From: Felis catus
Taxonomy: Eukaryota
DNA: 64,000 nt
Direction: 5' to 3'
Assembly: GCF_018350175.1 (NCBI RefSeq)
Contig: NC_058368.1
Location: forward strand, 123,630,001 to 123,694,000
Shown here: positions 51,760 to 64,000 of the stretch, piece after piece
Layout: each line of letters starts with the position of its first letter
Numbering within the stretch: position 1 is the stretch's first letter
Position numbers and translations under genes: made by a program
The notes under the pieces: model-generated
What the model saw: only the letters and a program-made list of their open reading frames with translations
What the model was told of the DNA's origin: nothing
Database searches by the model: none

Positions 51760-54700
51760 CTAATAGAAAAGATAAGAATAAAGAGTTTAACATACCAACT
51801 AGAAACTTTAGTATCACCACACCCCTAAAGTGTTGGTGTTTGAAATGATTAATAGTCATTAAATGTTAATAGTCATTACCATTAATAACCACTGAATAAT
51901 CAGAGTATAAATTATATATGGAATAGGGCTTTAGGCAAGCATTCTTATGCTCATTAACACCTGTAAAGTTAATCTTTTTAAAAACCAAAACAGGGGCACC
52001 TGGGTGGCTCAGTCTGTTAAGTCTGACTTCAGCTCAGGTCATGATCTCGTGATTCATGAGTTCAGGCCCCCATCAGGCTTTGTGCTGACAGCTCAGAGCC
52101 TGGAGCCTGCTTTGGATTCTGTGTCTCCCTCTCTGTGCCCCTCCCCTGTTCACGCTCTGTCTCTCTCAAAAATAAACATTTAAAAAGTTTGTTTTTAAAA
52201 AAGCAAAACAAAAAGTGCCCAAGAAACTTGACTTTTAGAAGAGTTTATTACTGTATCTAGACTACTTTTGAAATTGTAAAAAAGACAATTGTTGACAGCG
52301 CCTCTTCCTGTGTTTTGTGTTATAATTCTGATTAAGAGGCAACTGTTATCATTAGTTCCAAGTCTTGGGATAAACTGCTAGCATTCTGAACACAAGGTTG
52401 TCCTTATTCTGGGCCAACCTACTAAGTTTTCTGCCCTGTTTATCTAGGGACTAAGTTTAATTCATTCAAACAGTTTACTTGACAGTTCCACAATCCTCAG
52501 ATTACTTAAAAGGATAACAAAGAATAAATAATCTGTATTTATAATACAGTAATCTGCCTAAATAAGTACAGGTTCTCTGATCCAACAATGAAATACATTT
52601 TCTGATTAGCACCTATACACCCTTTTAGTTCCATGACTTTACACTAATCAGGTGAGAATTTCCCCTCTTCTCTGTCAGCCTGCCTTTGACTTTGGGTGCA
52701 TCCCTAAAGACTTGACCCCCTTTAAGCAAATCTGGTCTCTTTTTTTGAAAAAAATTTTTTGCCTTATTTCTATCTAGTAACAATATGCCTTCAAAGTATA
52801 TTTCAAAAATTCTGTTTGATAATTTGTGATTCATACACTTAATCAAATGCATTCCTCAGAAAACAATGTATGTTGGTTGTGTGCATTGGCACTGCCTATT
52901 TGAAATAGATACACAATCCATTCCCAGCTCTTTGACCACTGCTGTGAGCATTCAGTTCTCAGCAGCTGGCAAAGACTCAGAGGTTATCTAATTTTATCAA
53001 GTTTTTTACATGGTTGTACAACATGGTTGTAAAAGAACATGAGTTGTTCAACTGAATTGCACTCATTAGCTGGTTTAAAGTCCTACTGGCTTTCTGCAGA
53101 GCCCCTCCTTTCCTTTTTTGTTTGTTGTTGAAGCTATAAAAACATAAATAGTAAGAGGCTTGTCTCAACATTCTGGAGTTGAGAAGAAAGTCGGTTCTGG
53201 TTGAATCAAAGTTTGCATCTGGCAGCTGAAGCCAATTTGGCGACACAAACATGCCAGTTAGAGTCCCCTCACTAGTTCTACCTTAATTGGAATTTTTTTT
53301 TTTTTTTTCATTTTCAGGATAACAGTACCTTGAGTGAGGCTGAAGCCAGGTTTGGATATTACTGCCTAAAAGTGCAGCTGTCCCTATTCTGGTTATTTAG
53401 TTGCCTCTGCCTTTTCATATAATTGTTAAAGGCATCGGTTCTGCAGACTAAAAACATATACCTATGAGTTATAAATCCTTCTATGAGTGTATCTTAGGGA
53501 GACCTGCACCTGTCTCTGCTAAGGACATAGCAAGAAAAAACAATACCAACTCTAAAATGGAACTTCCACTTAGTCCTATGTTGTGCTTTCAATTCAAAGG
53601 AAACTCAGGGCGCTGAGGGTCCTTCCTCACTTAGGATTCTAAAATCTTCAAACAGTATTTTCCTTCCAAAGACCCTGACTTTAACACAAGGTTCAATATA
53701 CTTCAGATGAAACCTTTACCCCTTTAAGTTTTCCCCTTACATATCTAGCCAAGTATAGGTGTTACCCCCATCTCTGGGTATCCAAAGATTACTTCATCCT
53801 AAGGGGGTACCAGGAATCCTCCCCCCCCCCCCCCCCGCCCCATTGTGGTTATATACCTAACTTTGCCCTCCCTCTAGGCTCTGGCTCCTCTGATGACTAA
53901 TGGCTGTGGCATGTATGCAGGCTGTGGTCAGAACAGTGGTCATAGCTTTGGGTGAGGTTGGCTAATTGTGCTTTGTATTTGCCTGCTTTGTGTTTCCCTG
54001 AGTCCAAGATACTCAAGGGAGCTCTGGGAAGGTCAGGCATCACTTAACCTATAGCCCTGTTCATTTCCATGAAAAATCTTCCATTTCAGTAGACCTCCAG
54101 GGGTAAATACTGAGTTTCTTGGACTTTGGATCACTTGCCAAGTCTAGACTTTGACAACTCCCCACCCATGTTGCCAGACAGCTTCACCATATCTTCCTGG
54201 TGGCTCCATGTCCAAAGCCTTTCTCAGGTTCTGCAGTACAGATCTCTTAAGCTCCTTCCCTCTGAAGGCACTAGACATTTGAGTTCTACCACTCATCTAA
54301 CTGCTTCCCAACATCATTACCTATTGGCTGTTTCCTTTTGCATTCTTTGACTTTGTGGGTTTATAACCTTTTATTCTATTGCTTGTCCTTTAAGAGGAAA
54401 GAAAACAGCATATGCTCCTTTAAAAAGTTTCTGTCGAGGAAAGAATATGTTCCTAACTGCCTTAGAGAAACAATGTCTGAAGCTCTCACCACTCTTCTAC
54501 TAATCCTAGATATAGGGACAGAGCTCATGGATTAATGCCACAGCTGATAATAAGAAGGCTCTATAAGTCCCTGCCTTTGCAAACTCCATTCTTACCCCCA
54601 GTCCCCACACATACCTATGCCAGTCATATAGGCACTAAAACACATTCAAGGGTCGCCTGTCTGGCTCAGTTTGTTAAGCATCCAACTCTGTTTCAGCTCA

Positions 54701-54795
54701 GGTCAGGATCTCACAGTTCATGAGTTCGAGCCCTGCATGGGATTCTCTGTCTCCCTCTCTCTGCCCCTTCCCTGCTCAAAATCAACATTTAAACA

Positions 54796-54822
54796 ACACA
54801 CACACACACACACACACACACA
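54796..54822. repeat. (CA)n microsatellite
   Basis: Directly visible at a SINE 3' end. Confidence 0.95.
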
Positions 54823-56464
54823 TTGGTGGAAGGAAGTCCGTTCCTTATCTTGGAAAACTCAGAAGAACTACAGAACTCTAATCCAACATTGTGTACAGTC
54901 CTGACAGACTCTCTGGCAATCTTACAAATTCCCCTCCGGGGCGGGGGGGCAGGGGCACTGTCTTCCCACAACATAGTTGAAGGGGGAAGGGGAAGCCCCA
55001 TTTGAACCACACAGCTCTGCCTTTACTTTTGAGAGGACATTGAAGATGACCCATGACACGCCTGACCCAGACATCTGCTGCACTGTATTCTCCCTCTGGA
55101 ATTTACACTGGAAGGATGAAAGGGTTCTCTTTTTTGTTAGAAGTGTAGAAAGGATACCTAAAAGGATACAGGATAGGCTACTTGCAAACTCAGCTTATAA
55201 GGATGTAAAAGCTATGGTTCAGCAATGACAGCAAGCCAGTGAGTAAATGGATCAGAATGGCAGCCACACTGAAAATCCAGGCGACCAGTGAGACTGAGCA
55301 AGTTCAGTTCTGTTCCTGGTGGGAGGCTAGTTCTGGACTGTGTTATGTCTTTACTATCAACCTTTTTTTTTCTCTGGGAGATCGAAGTGAGTCAGTTGCT
55401 TACATACAACCAAAAGATAAAAAAGCCAATTACCAGCCACCCCTGTGTGTTTAACCAAAATCTCATTTTGTTTTAATTTGGATTCTGACTCAAATGATAA
55501 AATTTCACTTTTTAAATAGGTAAGTTTCAATTTGAAAAGGAAAACCATGTTTATACACATGGGTTCAAGTAGCAAGAAAACGCATGAAAACAAACATTAA
55601 ATGTCCACTGAAGTGGACATTGAAAGAGTCCATTAAATGTCCATTGAAAGAGAAGTCTGGCACTAAGCACAGGATTTACTTCCATGACTTCTTTCTACAT
55701 ACACTATAAGGTGTGAGCCTCTACCATAAGCCAAATAGTTATCTACCATCTCCTTCAGTCTCCTCTGGCCCATTCTGATTCTTCTCTGAGAGTGGTGCAG
55801 TTTGGCCTCACCTGGCCAATGAGTATTTAGGTCAGCTGGTGGGAGATTCTAAGCCTCTGGATCCCTCCTGATCCTAAACATCCAACTTTCTGGTGAAGGA
55901 AGCTCCAAAGTGGAAAGTTCACTACTAGAAATATGAGAAAGGGTAGAAAAGGCCAAACCTTTTCTACCTGAAAGACATAACCTGCAGCTGGTGTAGTTGG
56001 TCAAGGAAGTACTCCCCAGAAGCAAAGACAACAGTCGTGTTTGTTGAAGGAACACGTGAGCCTACCACTAGGGTCACCCCTGCTGTCACATCGAGGAAAA
56101 AGCAGGAGGCATGTGGGTTTCCATAAGGCACAAACAGCATAAATAAGTACTTATAGGAAAAGCAAAGATCTATCCTACACTTAACTAACCTTTACACTGC
56201 TCCCTGCCCCCATTTTCATCTATTGAAAAAGGCAGGATAGACCTATATACCACAGGAGGACTTGGAGCGGAAATCAACCTCAGGGCTCAAAAGGAAACCA
56301 GTGAGGCCTATCTCTATTCCTCCCTGTCTGCAGCAGGGGAACTATTATTTGAACCTGACCACACTGTGTTAGAGCACATCAAGTACAACCACTGATTGTA
56401 CATAGGCCAGTATGTAGGGTTAAATGTCCAGCATCTTTTTTTTTTTTTTAAGTGTCCTCTCTTA

Positions 56465-56835
56465 TTACTCGGCAATCAAAAAAGAATGAAATCTTGCCAT
56501 TTGCAGCTATGTGGATGGAACTGGAGGGTATCGTGCTAAGTGAAATTAGAGAAAGACAAAAATCATATGACTTCACTCATACGTGGACTTTAAGATAAAC
56601 AAAACAGATGAACATAAGGGAAGGGAAACAAAAATAATATAAAAACGGAAGGGAACAAAACAGACGAGACTTAAAATTACGGAGAACAAACTGAGGTTTA
56701 CAGGAGGGGTTGTGGGAGGGGGGATGGGCTAAAGGGGTAAGGGGCACTAAGGGATCTACTCCTGAAATCATTTTTGCACTAATGATGCTAATTTGGATGT
56801 AAATTTTAAAAAATAAAAAACAAAATTAAAAAATA
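56465..56835 (+). mobile_element. Short 5'-truncated LINE-1 3' end in a PLPP1 intron (antisense to PLPP1)
   Basis: ORF2-end sequence AAGAATGAAATCTTGCCATTTGC, G-rich 3'UTR and A-tail; TSD AAGTGTCCWCTCTTA at 56450-56464 and 56836-56850. Confidence 0.9.
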
Positions 56836-59800
56836 AAGTGTCCACTCTTAACAAAAAACCTATTGAACATGGGATGGAAATAAGTTACTATGCCCAGTAT
56901 TTTTTAAAAGAAATAAGGGCTTCTTAGTGGAGATCTTACTAGAGACTCATAAAGGCAATTTCTTATTCCTTAAGGCAACAAGGACAGAGGAATCGATATG
57001 CTCAATATAACCAGATATTTAAACCCAGAGAGGATTGTAGGAAGACACTCTACCATTCAGGCAGCAAATGCTTCCCTGACAAGTGCAGAGAGGTCTTCCT
57101 CCTAATCCAGAGAGAACCCAACACTGAATCTCTATGAAGAACCTCATGATAGTTTTATAGAGCACATGAAGACCTGGTCAAAATAAATAGGAATTTTCAA
57201 TGTACAGGGCCACAATGGAACAAAATTAGAAGGTACACGTTTTTCTTTTTTTTTTTTTTTTTGTAAAAATTATTATATATACATCTTTTTTGAATAAGGA
57301 AATTCAATGTCTGTTGATGCAACTTTGATATTCTTTGATTATTTTATTATCCCCAAAGGGTAGAATATAGCCTTTTTTTGCCTAAAATTTCTAAAAAAAA
57401 TATTAGCTTCTATTAAACTAATTACTCTATTAAAACAGATTGCTATTTTAAAATCTGATTGCTAATCAAAATATTTTTTGAAGCTGATTTAGTTTGCCTT
57501 TCCTTGATCCTGTAACACTTAACTGCAAATGCTGTTGTCTCACAAGAGTTTCTTAACCTATTCTTAAAATGAGAGGGTTATTTTTTTTTTCCTTTTTTCA
57601 ATTTTAGAGTCGGTGGGCCAGCTTGCAAGCTATGAATGGTTTTCACATTCGGGGTGCCTGGGTGGCTCACTAGGTTGAGCATCTGACTTCTGATTTTGGT
57701 TCAGGTCGTGATCTCCCGAATCAGGATCGAGCCCCGCAGCAGCGAGAATGCAGAGCCTGCTGGCAATTGTCTCTTTCGCTCTCTGTCCCTCCCCCACTTG
57801 TGATCATACTCTCTACAAAAAGAATAGTTTCCCCATTTTAAAGGACTTTTTAAAAGAAGAATATGCAACTGAGACTACATGTGGCCCACAAAGCCTAACT
57901 ATGATCTGACCTCTTACTGAAATCTTCTGCCGACTCCTGGACTAGACCAACAGCAGCATGTTCAACACAAAGAGATATTCCTTGCTCTACTTATTTGAAA
58001 TACAGCTTCTAAGCCTAAGCCAGGCAATATATTGTTCCACCTACATTTGATGACAGAACTGGCCAGGAGAATACCCTAAGACTGACCTCTGTTTAGTCTT
58101 CTCTAGGCTTCAATTTCACCATCTTTAGGATTCACAGAGTTCCTAAATTTAGATGTAGAATCCCATGTTACAATTAAGATCCATGTAGTTCCTGGGCTCT
58201 GTTCACTTGCCCAATGCTCAGCATTAATTCACAACTTGGAAAACATCTTCATGAAATATCACTAGGTAATACACGGTGAGTGAGAGGTAAGGGGTTGTAC
58301 AAATCTTAAGGAAATCAAAGCGCCAGATTCAGACAAGTGGGCAACACTATCCAAACACAGCAGGTGGGGGTGATGAGACCCAGACACAAGCCTTTCTGTG
58401 GCAGGGAAGGGGGTCTAGCTGAAGCACCTACACTAAGGTACTTGGGCCCCCACTATGGTAATTTATACAGGAATTTCATAAAAGACAGTGACATAAACAA
58501 TCTTGAGATTTCAGGCTCAATAGTACAGTGCTGGGAGAATTTTTTAGTGCATTCCTTTAGTATATTCCAATACATTCCATTTATATATATGGACTGAAAA
58601 AAGAACAGTCTCATAACATGGTTCTTTCCTGGACAGTCAAGTAAATTTGGAATCTTTGGCATTCAGCCTAGTTCAACAGACATCACTAAGCACAGAAACT
58701 AGCTATGTGCAAAGAAGCCAGGCCATATGCTCCTGCCAGCCTAGGTGGTTTCCATGGGTGCTGACTGGCACTGTGTGAAGTGCAGGGCTGGGCTGCCTGC
58801 CAGAGGTGAACAACAATGGTCAGGAATTATCTTCTCTTAAGATACTTCTTCAAGTAGAAGTTAATTTCTGGGTGTCAGGATTTCCTGACAAATTTTGACT
58901 ATCAAAAGCCATCCTCAGAATTTAAATGACTGTACATCTCCACCCAAATCTGGGACTGGCCCATGATGCCAAGATGCCTAGGGAAACAAGATGAGTCATT
59001 GCCTAAGGAATTGGCAGAGGAGGTGGAGTGGTTAAATGTTGTATATAAATGTGAAAGCTGGAAAGCGGGAGCCATCTGTGTGTTCAGGGGCTGAAATAAA
59101 AGCTTGGGCCTACATCCACATCAAGTAAATATTTCCACTGCTTAGAGTCAGTGAAATGCAGTGCACGACTGCTCCGGCCAACTTTCTTCTCCAGAAAGGC
59201 CTTGGTCTCTGAGAAACATATTTATTGGAACTTTTCATTATAACTTTATATCTAATAGCTCATACCCAATTACCAAACTACAGTGTCGGTAATTTTCCCT
59301 CTGCTTATAGCCCTAACTTGCCTCCTCATATGCTCCTGGGTGTCCACAGAGCAGGCTTACCACTGAGGCCCTCTAAATAATCATTTTGTCTTCTGTACAT
59401 TAGTTTTATATTTTACAGAAGAGCCCTCAGTAAAAGTTTATATCTGACTGAATATACATCTATTTTGAGAAGGGTCAAAGGAGCAAAGATGAACAGTAAA
59501 CTATAGGATATGGACACTGATACATCTAAGAATATACTTTACAATTAAAAACAGGTGGTAAAAGTTGTATGTCATCACCTGACCTTCAAAATAATTGGAC
59601 TAGGGTTAAGATCAAGCAGAGAATCAGCAAACCAAGGGAACCTGATTAATAAGAGACCAGTAGAGAGCTTACAGACCTTAATAGCCTCCCAAGGCCCCTA
59701 CTTCTCCATTTATAAAAAGGGTGGCAACCATCCCTCTTCTACTTCATGAGGATTACTAGAGTCAACAATTAAAGTAGTATCAACGCAAATCATCTGTATC

Positions 59801-62156
59801 AACCTCAGATTCTTTTTTTCTTGTTCTTTTTTACATTTATTTAGTTTAAATTTATTTATGTATTTCCTTAGTATTTATTTTTTCAAGTTTTTATTTAATC
59901 TTTTTTTAATTTTTTAAGTTAATTTATTTTTGAGAGGGAGAAGCAGAAAGGGGGAGAGAGAGAGAATCCTAAGAAGGCTCTGCACAGTCAGAACCCACGA
60001 CGAACTACACTGTTCGAACCCACCAACCCTGAGATTGTGACCTGAGCTGAAATCAAGAGTGGGGCGCCCAACCAACTGGAGCACCCAGGTGCAGATTATT
60101 AAGTCTCTCTCCTTAAACACTGAAAAGATACTGATACATGCAGATGAAGGACCTAACAAAGCTCAAAACCTACCCTGGTGAGGTCGGCTGTGGGCATACA
60201 AATCACATCCAAACGTTCAAAAGCCATCAGTGTAGTCACAAACTTGTGCTTTGGGAAGATTTCTCAGGCTACTAATGGCTTTAGCCTTCATCGCCCCCTG
60301 TCTCTATGCCCTATTTAAAAAGAAAAATATACAGTGGCTCCTTTTAGAAAGAATGCTAACTTTTCCTAGTAAGATAAATGAACAGAGGATATTGGAATAG
60401 TACTTCTTGTTACTCCCTTCAAATAAGTCACATTCCTCATGGCACGTTTTCAGAAACATTTGGGTGTGTGTTTTCAAAAAGAAGCCCTAAATTCTGCTGA
60501 ATTAGTACCCTGTTGCTTCCTCACAAAATTAAATTAACCTAAGACAAAAGACTTAAAATCCAGAAATCCTGAAGAAGCCAAAATTAGTTCTACTGAAATG
60601 GTTGTGAAATTGTGGGTTTGAATTTTATATAACACACATATCTGTAATTTTTATATTCTTTTGACTTTTCAAATTTGGTTTTTCCAATAAAAGCAGGATT
60701 CTGGTAAAAATTGATTTTAAAATCTCTCTAAATGAGACCAAATTAACTCCCAGCAGTCTACTCTTAATATTACATATCATGGACTTATATGTACGCATTA
60801 AATACTTCTATAGCACTTAATGTGACCAAGGGGGAGAAAAAATTTACATAGAACACAACTATATAAAAGTCCATTCATAAGACTAAATGTTACAGCTGAT
60901 CCTTTAGGGTGAAGATCTTCTCCCCCTCTCTTAAGAGTTTTTCTAACAAATTTTGTTGAAAATTTGTTGGAACTTTGTTGGAATTTATTGGAAATTTGTT
61001 CTTAACTTTATATAAAGAGAGAAAGAGACAGAGACAGACGGAAACTGGGAACATTATAAAAAATAAGTCAACTGAATTGACCTTTAAAGACTCCTTGTAG
61101 GGGCACCTGGGTTGCTCAGTCTGTTGAGAGCCCAACTCTTGATTTCAGCTCCAGTTATGATCCCAGGGTAGTGGGATTCAGCCCTACTTAAGATTCTTTC
61201 TCTCTCCCTCTGCCACTCTCCCCTGCTCCTACTCTCTCTCTCTCTCAAATCATACATACATACATATTCCTTGTATATGCCCTAAAGCTAGGTCTTCCTA
61301 AAGCTACTCTGGATACACATTTGTCTCTAGATATGAAGAATGTAGATGCAAATATTTTCTAACTCTTCACCGTCAGCTTTGTATACTGCAGGTGCAAATG
61401 GCCATGCTGCTTTCTGGACTAGCAATTAGAAGTGGACCTGAAAACCGTATCCATGAAAAGCTCCTGAAGCAGCAACTGCCTCTCCCAGGAGCCGAAACCT
61501 TTCTAGTCCCGTGGAAAGCCATCAATGAAATACTTCAGAAGGTGAAAGGAAAATAAAACCTACTCAAAAAGAAGCAACAACTGCCATCACATCAGCTAAT
61601 CAAAACTCAACTCCTAAACCCAGCAGCCACCAGGAGGAAAGAGGCCAGGCTGCCGCACCCTCCTGCCAAGCACAGGGGGCCAGGGCTCCCAGTTAGGGTA
61701 AGGTTATCACAGCAGCGGTCACCTTCGCCTGGTATTTCAGATCAGTGACCTGCTGTGATTACACAGAAGGTGTTGCTACGTTCCAGGAAATATGTCCCAA
61801 AGGGAGGGCACACATCAACCAATTCTTAGCACCAGGTTTACAGATTTGATGATTAGGTTTCTACCGCTGTCAGGAAAAACCTACTTCAACAGTGAAGACT
61901 CCCTACAGTCCTGAAGGTTCTCAATTTACAACCTGCTCCCTAATTGTGTCCGTTTGCTACCTTTAAATGAAGGACAAAAATACTTCTGAACAGTTGTAAC
62001 TGGCTTTGGCAGAAGCACAGGCATCCATTCTCTCAACTGCGGCCAGCAATGGAGCACAGCTGATGAGATGCCAGGGGTGGCCACACAGGAGAGGACACCC
62101 AGGCTGAACACATGAATTGTATGCGGTACATAATCCCCCATAAACAGAGTACTTAC

Positions 62157-62214
62157 TGCCACGAACAGCATGCAGTACATGGAGAATGAAGAGTGGCCCG
62201 AGTAAAAAGACAAT
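62157..62214 (-). CDS. PLPP1: PLPP1 coding exon (R)LSFYSGHSSFSMYCMLFVA
   Basis: PAP2 C2 motif SGH; ttctAG acceptor and GTAAGT donor; 58 nt. Confidence 0.96.
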
Positions 62215-64000
62215 CTAGAAGAGAAAGAAGAGAAATGTCAATTTTCCTTCCTAGAGGCAGATGACAGTCTTGCTATCCTAAATCTTACGCCATAATAAGT
62301 ACATCTCTTTCCCCTCACCTTAGAAATCAGATGAGTGGGGAACAGGGACAGTTAGGACAGAAACATTGTAGTCTTGAGGGACGGGGTGTCTTATTACTGA
62401 GACTTCCAGGGTAGAGACAAACAATTCTCAATTAATACCTGACAAGCCATAACTAGTATAAATGGTCTGACTTCATGACATATAAACTTAACTGACCATG
62501 ATTTAAGTTTTATTTTCTACTTGCAGAGTTTGTCCCTGAGTACTAGTAATACCTCCTTTGGAACACTCAGAAGTTGACTACCTTTTCAAAAATAAATTCA
62601 CTTTTAAAAAATTAAAAGTGGCATTTTAGCATTTTAAACAGGCACACATCTTGCCTTAGAATTCCCACCAAAGTGCTTTTGTTTGACATATATTTTAAAA
62701 TTATACACTGACAGTCCTGTACCAGATGAATCCTCTTTCAATATTATATTCTGTAAACATGTGAATATTTACCACCTAAAAATGACAGAATGCTTGCAAA
62801 ACTTAATTTTATGGCACTTTTTGAAAAGGGGAAAGCTCACTAACATTCATGATCTAAGTTCTGCTTACATAGTACTGGCCAGTGATGCAGAAAAGGCAAG
62901 CACACACATCTGACAAAGTAAAAGTACTCCATGCAAATGCAAAAGATGTATCAAGCAAATAATTAGGATGTTTTCCTACATAGAATAAGAAAACCAAGAA
63001 AGGCAGGCTTTTAAGTATTTTACTTATTACACTTTGCTTGATTCAAAAGGAATTTGGTTCCCTGGATTCAGCGAAGAGAATTTAAAACATCAGAATGTCA
63101 ATCTGTGTATGCAACTAAGGGTGGGTGGCAGGAGAGATTTCTTAAGCCTGTATTGGCGATGATCTACCAAGAATTATGATAGTCTTTTTCATAATCAGAC
63201 ACATCTCTAAGAAAATGAATATTCTCACTTCTTGTACCAGCTAGGAATTGTGTGATTAAATCTGATAATTATTGTGAATTTAATCTATGTAAAACAAGAA
63301 AAATAAATTACTTTTAGCCTTACTATTTGGCTGTAGAGAACAGATCAATACAAATCCTTACTTTAAATCAGATAATTAGAGCAGAGTTCTGTACATTTTA
63401 TGTTTCAGTAAGTTATACTGACGAGCCTATAAGTAAATAAAAGCCAATTTCAAGGACTGTCAAATCCTATCAAGCCAACACAACCACGATCAAAGAAATG
63501 TTTTCAAAGCCAAGCAAGTTCAAAGTTTCACAAAGACTTCATGTTCAGAGTATTCACTGTACACTGTGCTACAAAGTCATAAATTCAAAAGTATGTGATA
63601 GTTTTAAAGAGTTCTGATTCAGTCAGATTTCGTTAGTTGAAAACAAAATGGTTTCGGTTTTTTATTCTAAGTGCATAAACAGACATTTTATTCAGTATAG
63701 AATCAGCCAAACAATAACCTGTGACTTCAACAAATGGATTAAAAGACACAAATAAGAACTCTATTTGACCTAAGCCTCTAAGTCTTCTTCACCCACAGTA
63801 AGTGATCAAATAGATCATGGTAATACTGACTTTTATTACCATTAAAAACAGAATAAAACACCAAAAAATAAAATTATTTTCATACTCCATATACATCTCT
63901 TTACTGGAATCGCTCGGAGATACAGGTCTTATGTCTGAAACTCACAAATGAACAAATAATTTTATAAGTAGTTTCACAAAATCCGAAAACTAGGAACACC

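Larger units (their letters stand above)
51993..61250. mobile_element. Scattered Can-SINEs in the PLPP1 intron (+ 51993-52185, + 54650-54795, + 57651-57820, - 59900-60090, + 61099-61250)
   Basis: Recognisable SINE bodies; the span is not continuous repeat. Confidence 0.85.

Noticed and set aside
58992..58998. AP-1 site TGAGTCA as a PLPP1 intronic enhancer
   Set aside because: A single 7-mer is expected several times by chance in 64 kb; no supporting evidence
61926..62156. Extension of ORF 61926..62213 beyond the PLPP1 exon
   Set aside because: Intronic read-through after a GTAAGT donor, with no homology

Overview
Mammalian (felid-like) autosomal DNA, AT-rich and dense in repeats. The many carnivore tRNA-derived Can-SINEs resemble the feline SINEC_Fc type. 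The + strand carries the last nine coding exons of MTREX (SKIV2L2/MTR4, nuclear exosome RNA helicase): 12837-50468, 1077 nt spliced, 358 aa plus stop, all GT-AG with compatible phases. The - strand carries the last three coding exons of PLPP1 (PPAP2A/LPP1): 62214-50930. The two genes converge tail-to-tail with only 461 nt between their stop codons. Introns hold two old antisense LINE-1s with apparent target-site duplications (TSDs), younger truncated L1s, more than 35 Can-SINEs, MIR/L2/LTR/DNA-transposon relics and microsatellites. Almost all ORFs in the supplied track are repeat-derived noise. I see no novel protein-coding system. The most notable non-standard structures are: (1) a ~240-bp, ~95%-identical non-SINE inverted repeat around a 1.25-kb spacer in an MTREX intron, ending in a mini-hairpin; (2) a palindromic element that reads as a poly(A) signal on both strands between the convergent genes; (3) a 39-bp templated insertion; (4) a decayed 5S rRNA fragment; (5) a perfect 44-bp tandem duplication; (6) candidate unproductive splice sites in MTREX. 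All identifications come from reading and recall, not database searches.
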